Below, piece by piece: positions 63,292-64,000 of a DNA stretch of 64,000 bases. The position numbers were made by a program, and so were the translations under genes. Position 1 is the first letter of the stretch, and each line of letters begins with the position of its first letter. The notes beneath the pieces were generated by a model. It saw only the letters and a list, made by a program, of their open reading frames with translations. It searched no databases and was not told where the DNA came from. Source of the stretch: Octopus bimaculoides (taxonomy: Eukaryota). Location of the stretch: contig NC_069004.1 of NCBI RefSeq assembly GCF_001194135.2, positions 16,344,652 through 16,408,651 of the forward strand, in the 5' to 3' direction.

Positions 63292-63705
63292 ATGAAAATA
63301 AACAATGTGTTCAAAAGGAATTGAGGTTTGGTTCACCAGCTAATGATTGGAAACAAATAACTCAGAGTATTGGAAATCGGAGCCTTTCAGTTATAATGTA
63401 TTGAAGAATACTCCACATTCATGTTGAGTCCTATAGTTTATTGCTGTGTGTGTGGGTGGGGGTGTATACACTGGTCAAACAAAATAATGTTTTGCTGACA
63501 ATTTTTAATCATTTGAATTAATTGCGCATTAAAATTATTCAAATTGTAGAAAGATATATAACACCTATATCATTCGAAAGAGAAAAAAATTCTACTTCAA
63601 CTGTAAAAAGTAAAATAATTTTATACAGTTTTGTTAACAATATATTAATGAAGGAATAGAACTGTCATCATCAGTCTTAAACTTATTTTGGCCAGTGTGT
63701 GTGTG

Positions 63706-63770
<65 letters not shown>

Positions 63771-64000
63771 ATACACATATATATGTGAATGAGAGAGAGA
63801 CATGAGGTGTCACATAAAATATATGTAGTGACCCAACCTAGATGTATCTGAATACTTAATTTCATGTACAAACTTCCCAAAGGACCCTCTATTCAATCTG
63901 CTGCTAGAAATGGCAGCCAAGTCTCTTTTAAATCACACCCTACTGTCTTAAAAAGGAAAGAGATGGTTAGATAATAATGTTCAGTAAGCTCTATAATGAT

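Noticed and set aside
63468-63660. Possible Tc1-like terminal sequence (tacactggtcaaacaaaataatg)
   Set aside because: No partner inverted repeat or transposase sequence found in the window.

Overview
AT-rich (roughly one-third GC by eye), scaffolded animal genomic DNA with four N-gaps. It is almost entirely intronic or intergenic and dense in microsatellites and transposon remnants. The repeat repertoire looks like a cephalopod (Octopus-like) genome; this is an inference from recalled repeat motifs, not a database search. No complete protein-coding gene, rRNA, tRNA or CRISPR array is supported, and nearly all short ORFs in the track are microsatellite or antisense artefacts. Well-supported elements: many RTE-clade LINE fragments and (GAT)n-tailed 3' ends; a cluster of R4/Dong-clade LINE fragments in TAA microsatellites; a full-length and an internally deleted mariner with TIRs; hAT, Helitron and Gypsy-integrase remnants; several tRNA-headed SINE families. 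The most interesting signals are: (i) type I hammerhead ribozyme motifs in Penelope-like terminal repeats, repeatedly arranged as inverted or head-to-head pairs (57.5-58.5 kb, 61.1-63.3 kb, 42.8-43.5 kb) plus a single one at 36.4 kb; (ii) a candidate 5S rRNA-derived SINE sharing a TAA target array with R4/Dong LINEs; (iii) an RTE LINE whose ORF ends in three tandem C2H2-like fingers; (iv) a few plus-strand candidate exons of an unidentified large host gene. All family assignments come from manual translation and motif recognition. Boundaries of degenerate repeats are approximate (about +/-20 nt).
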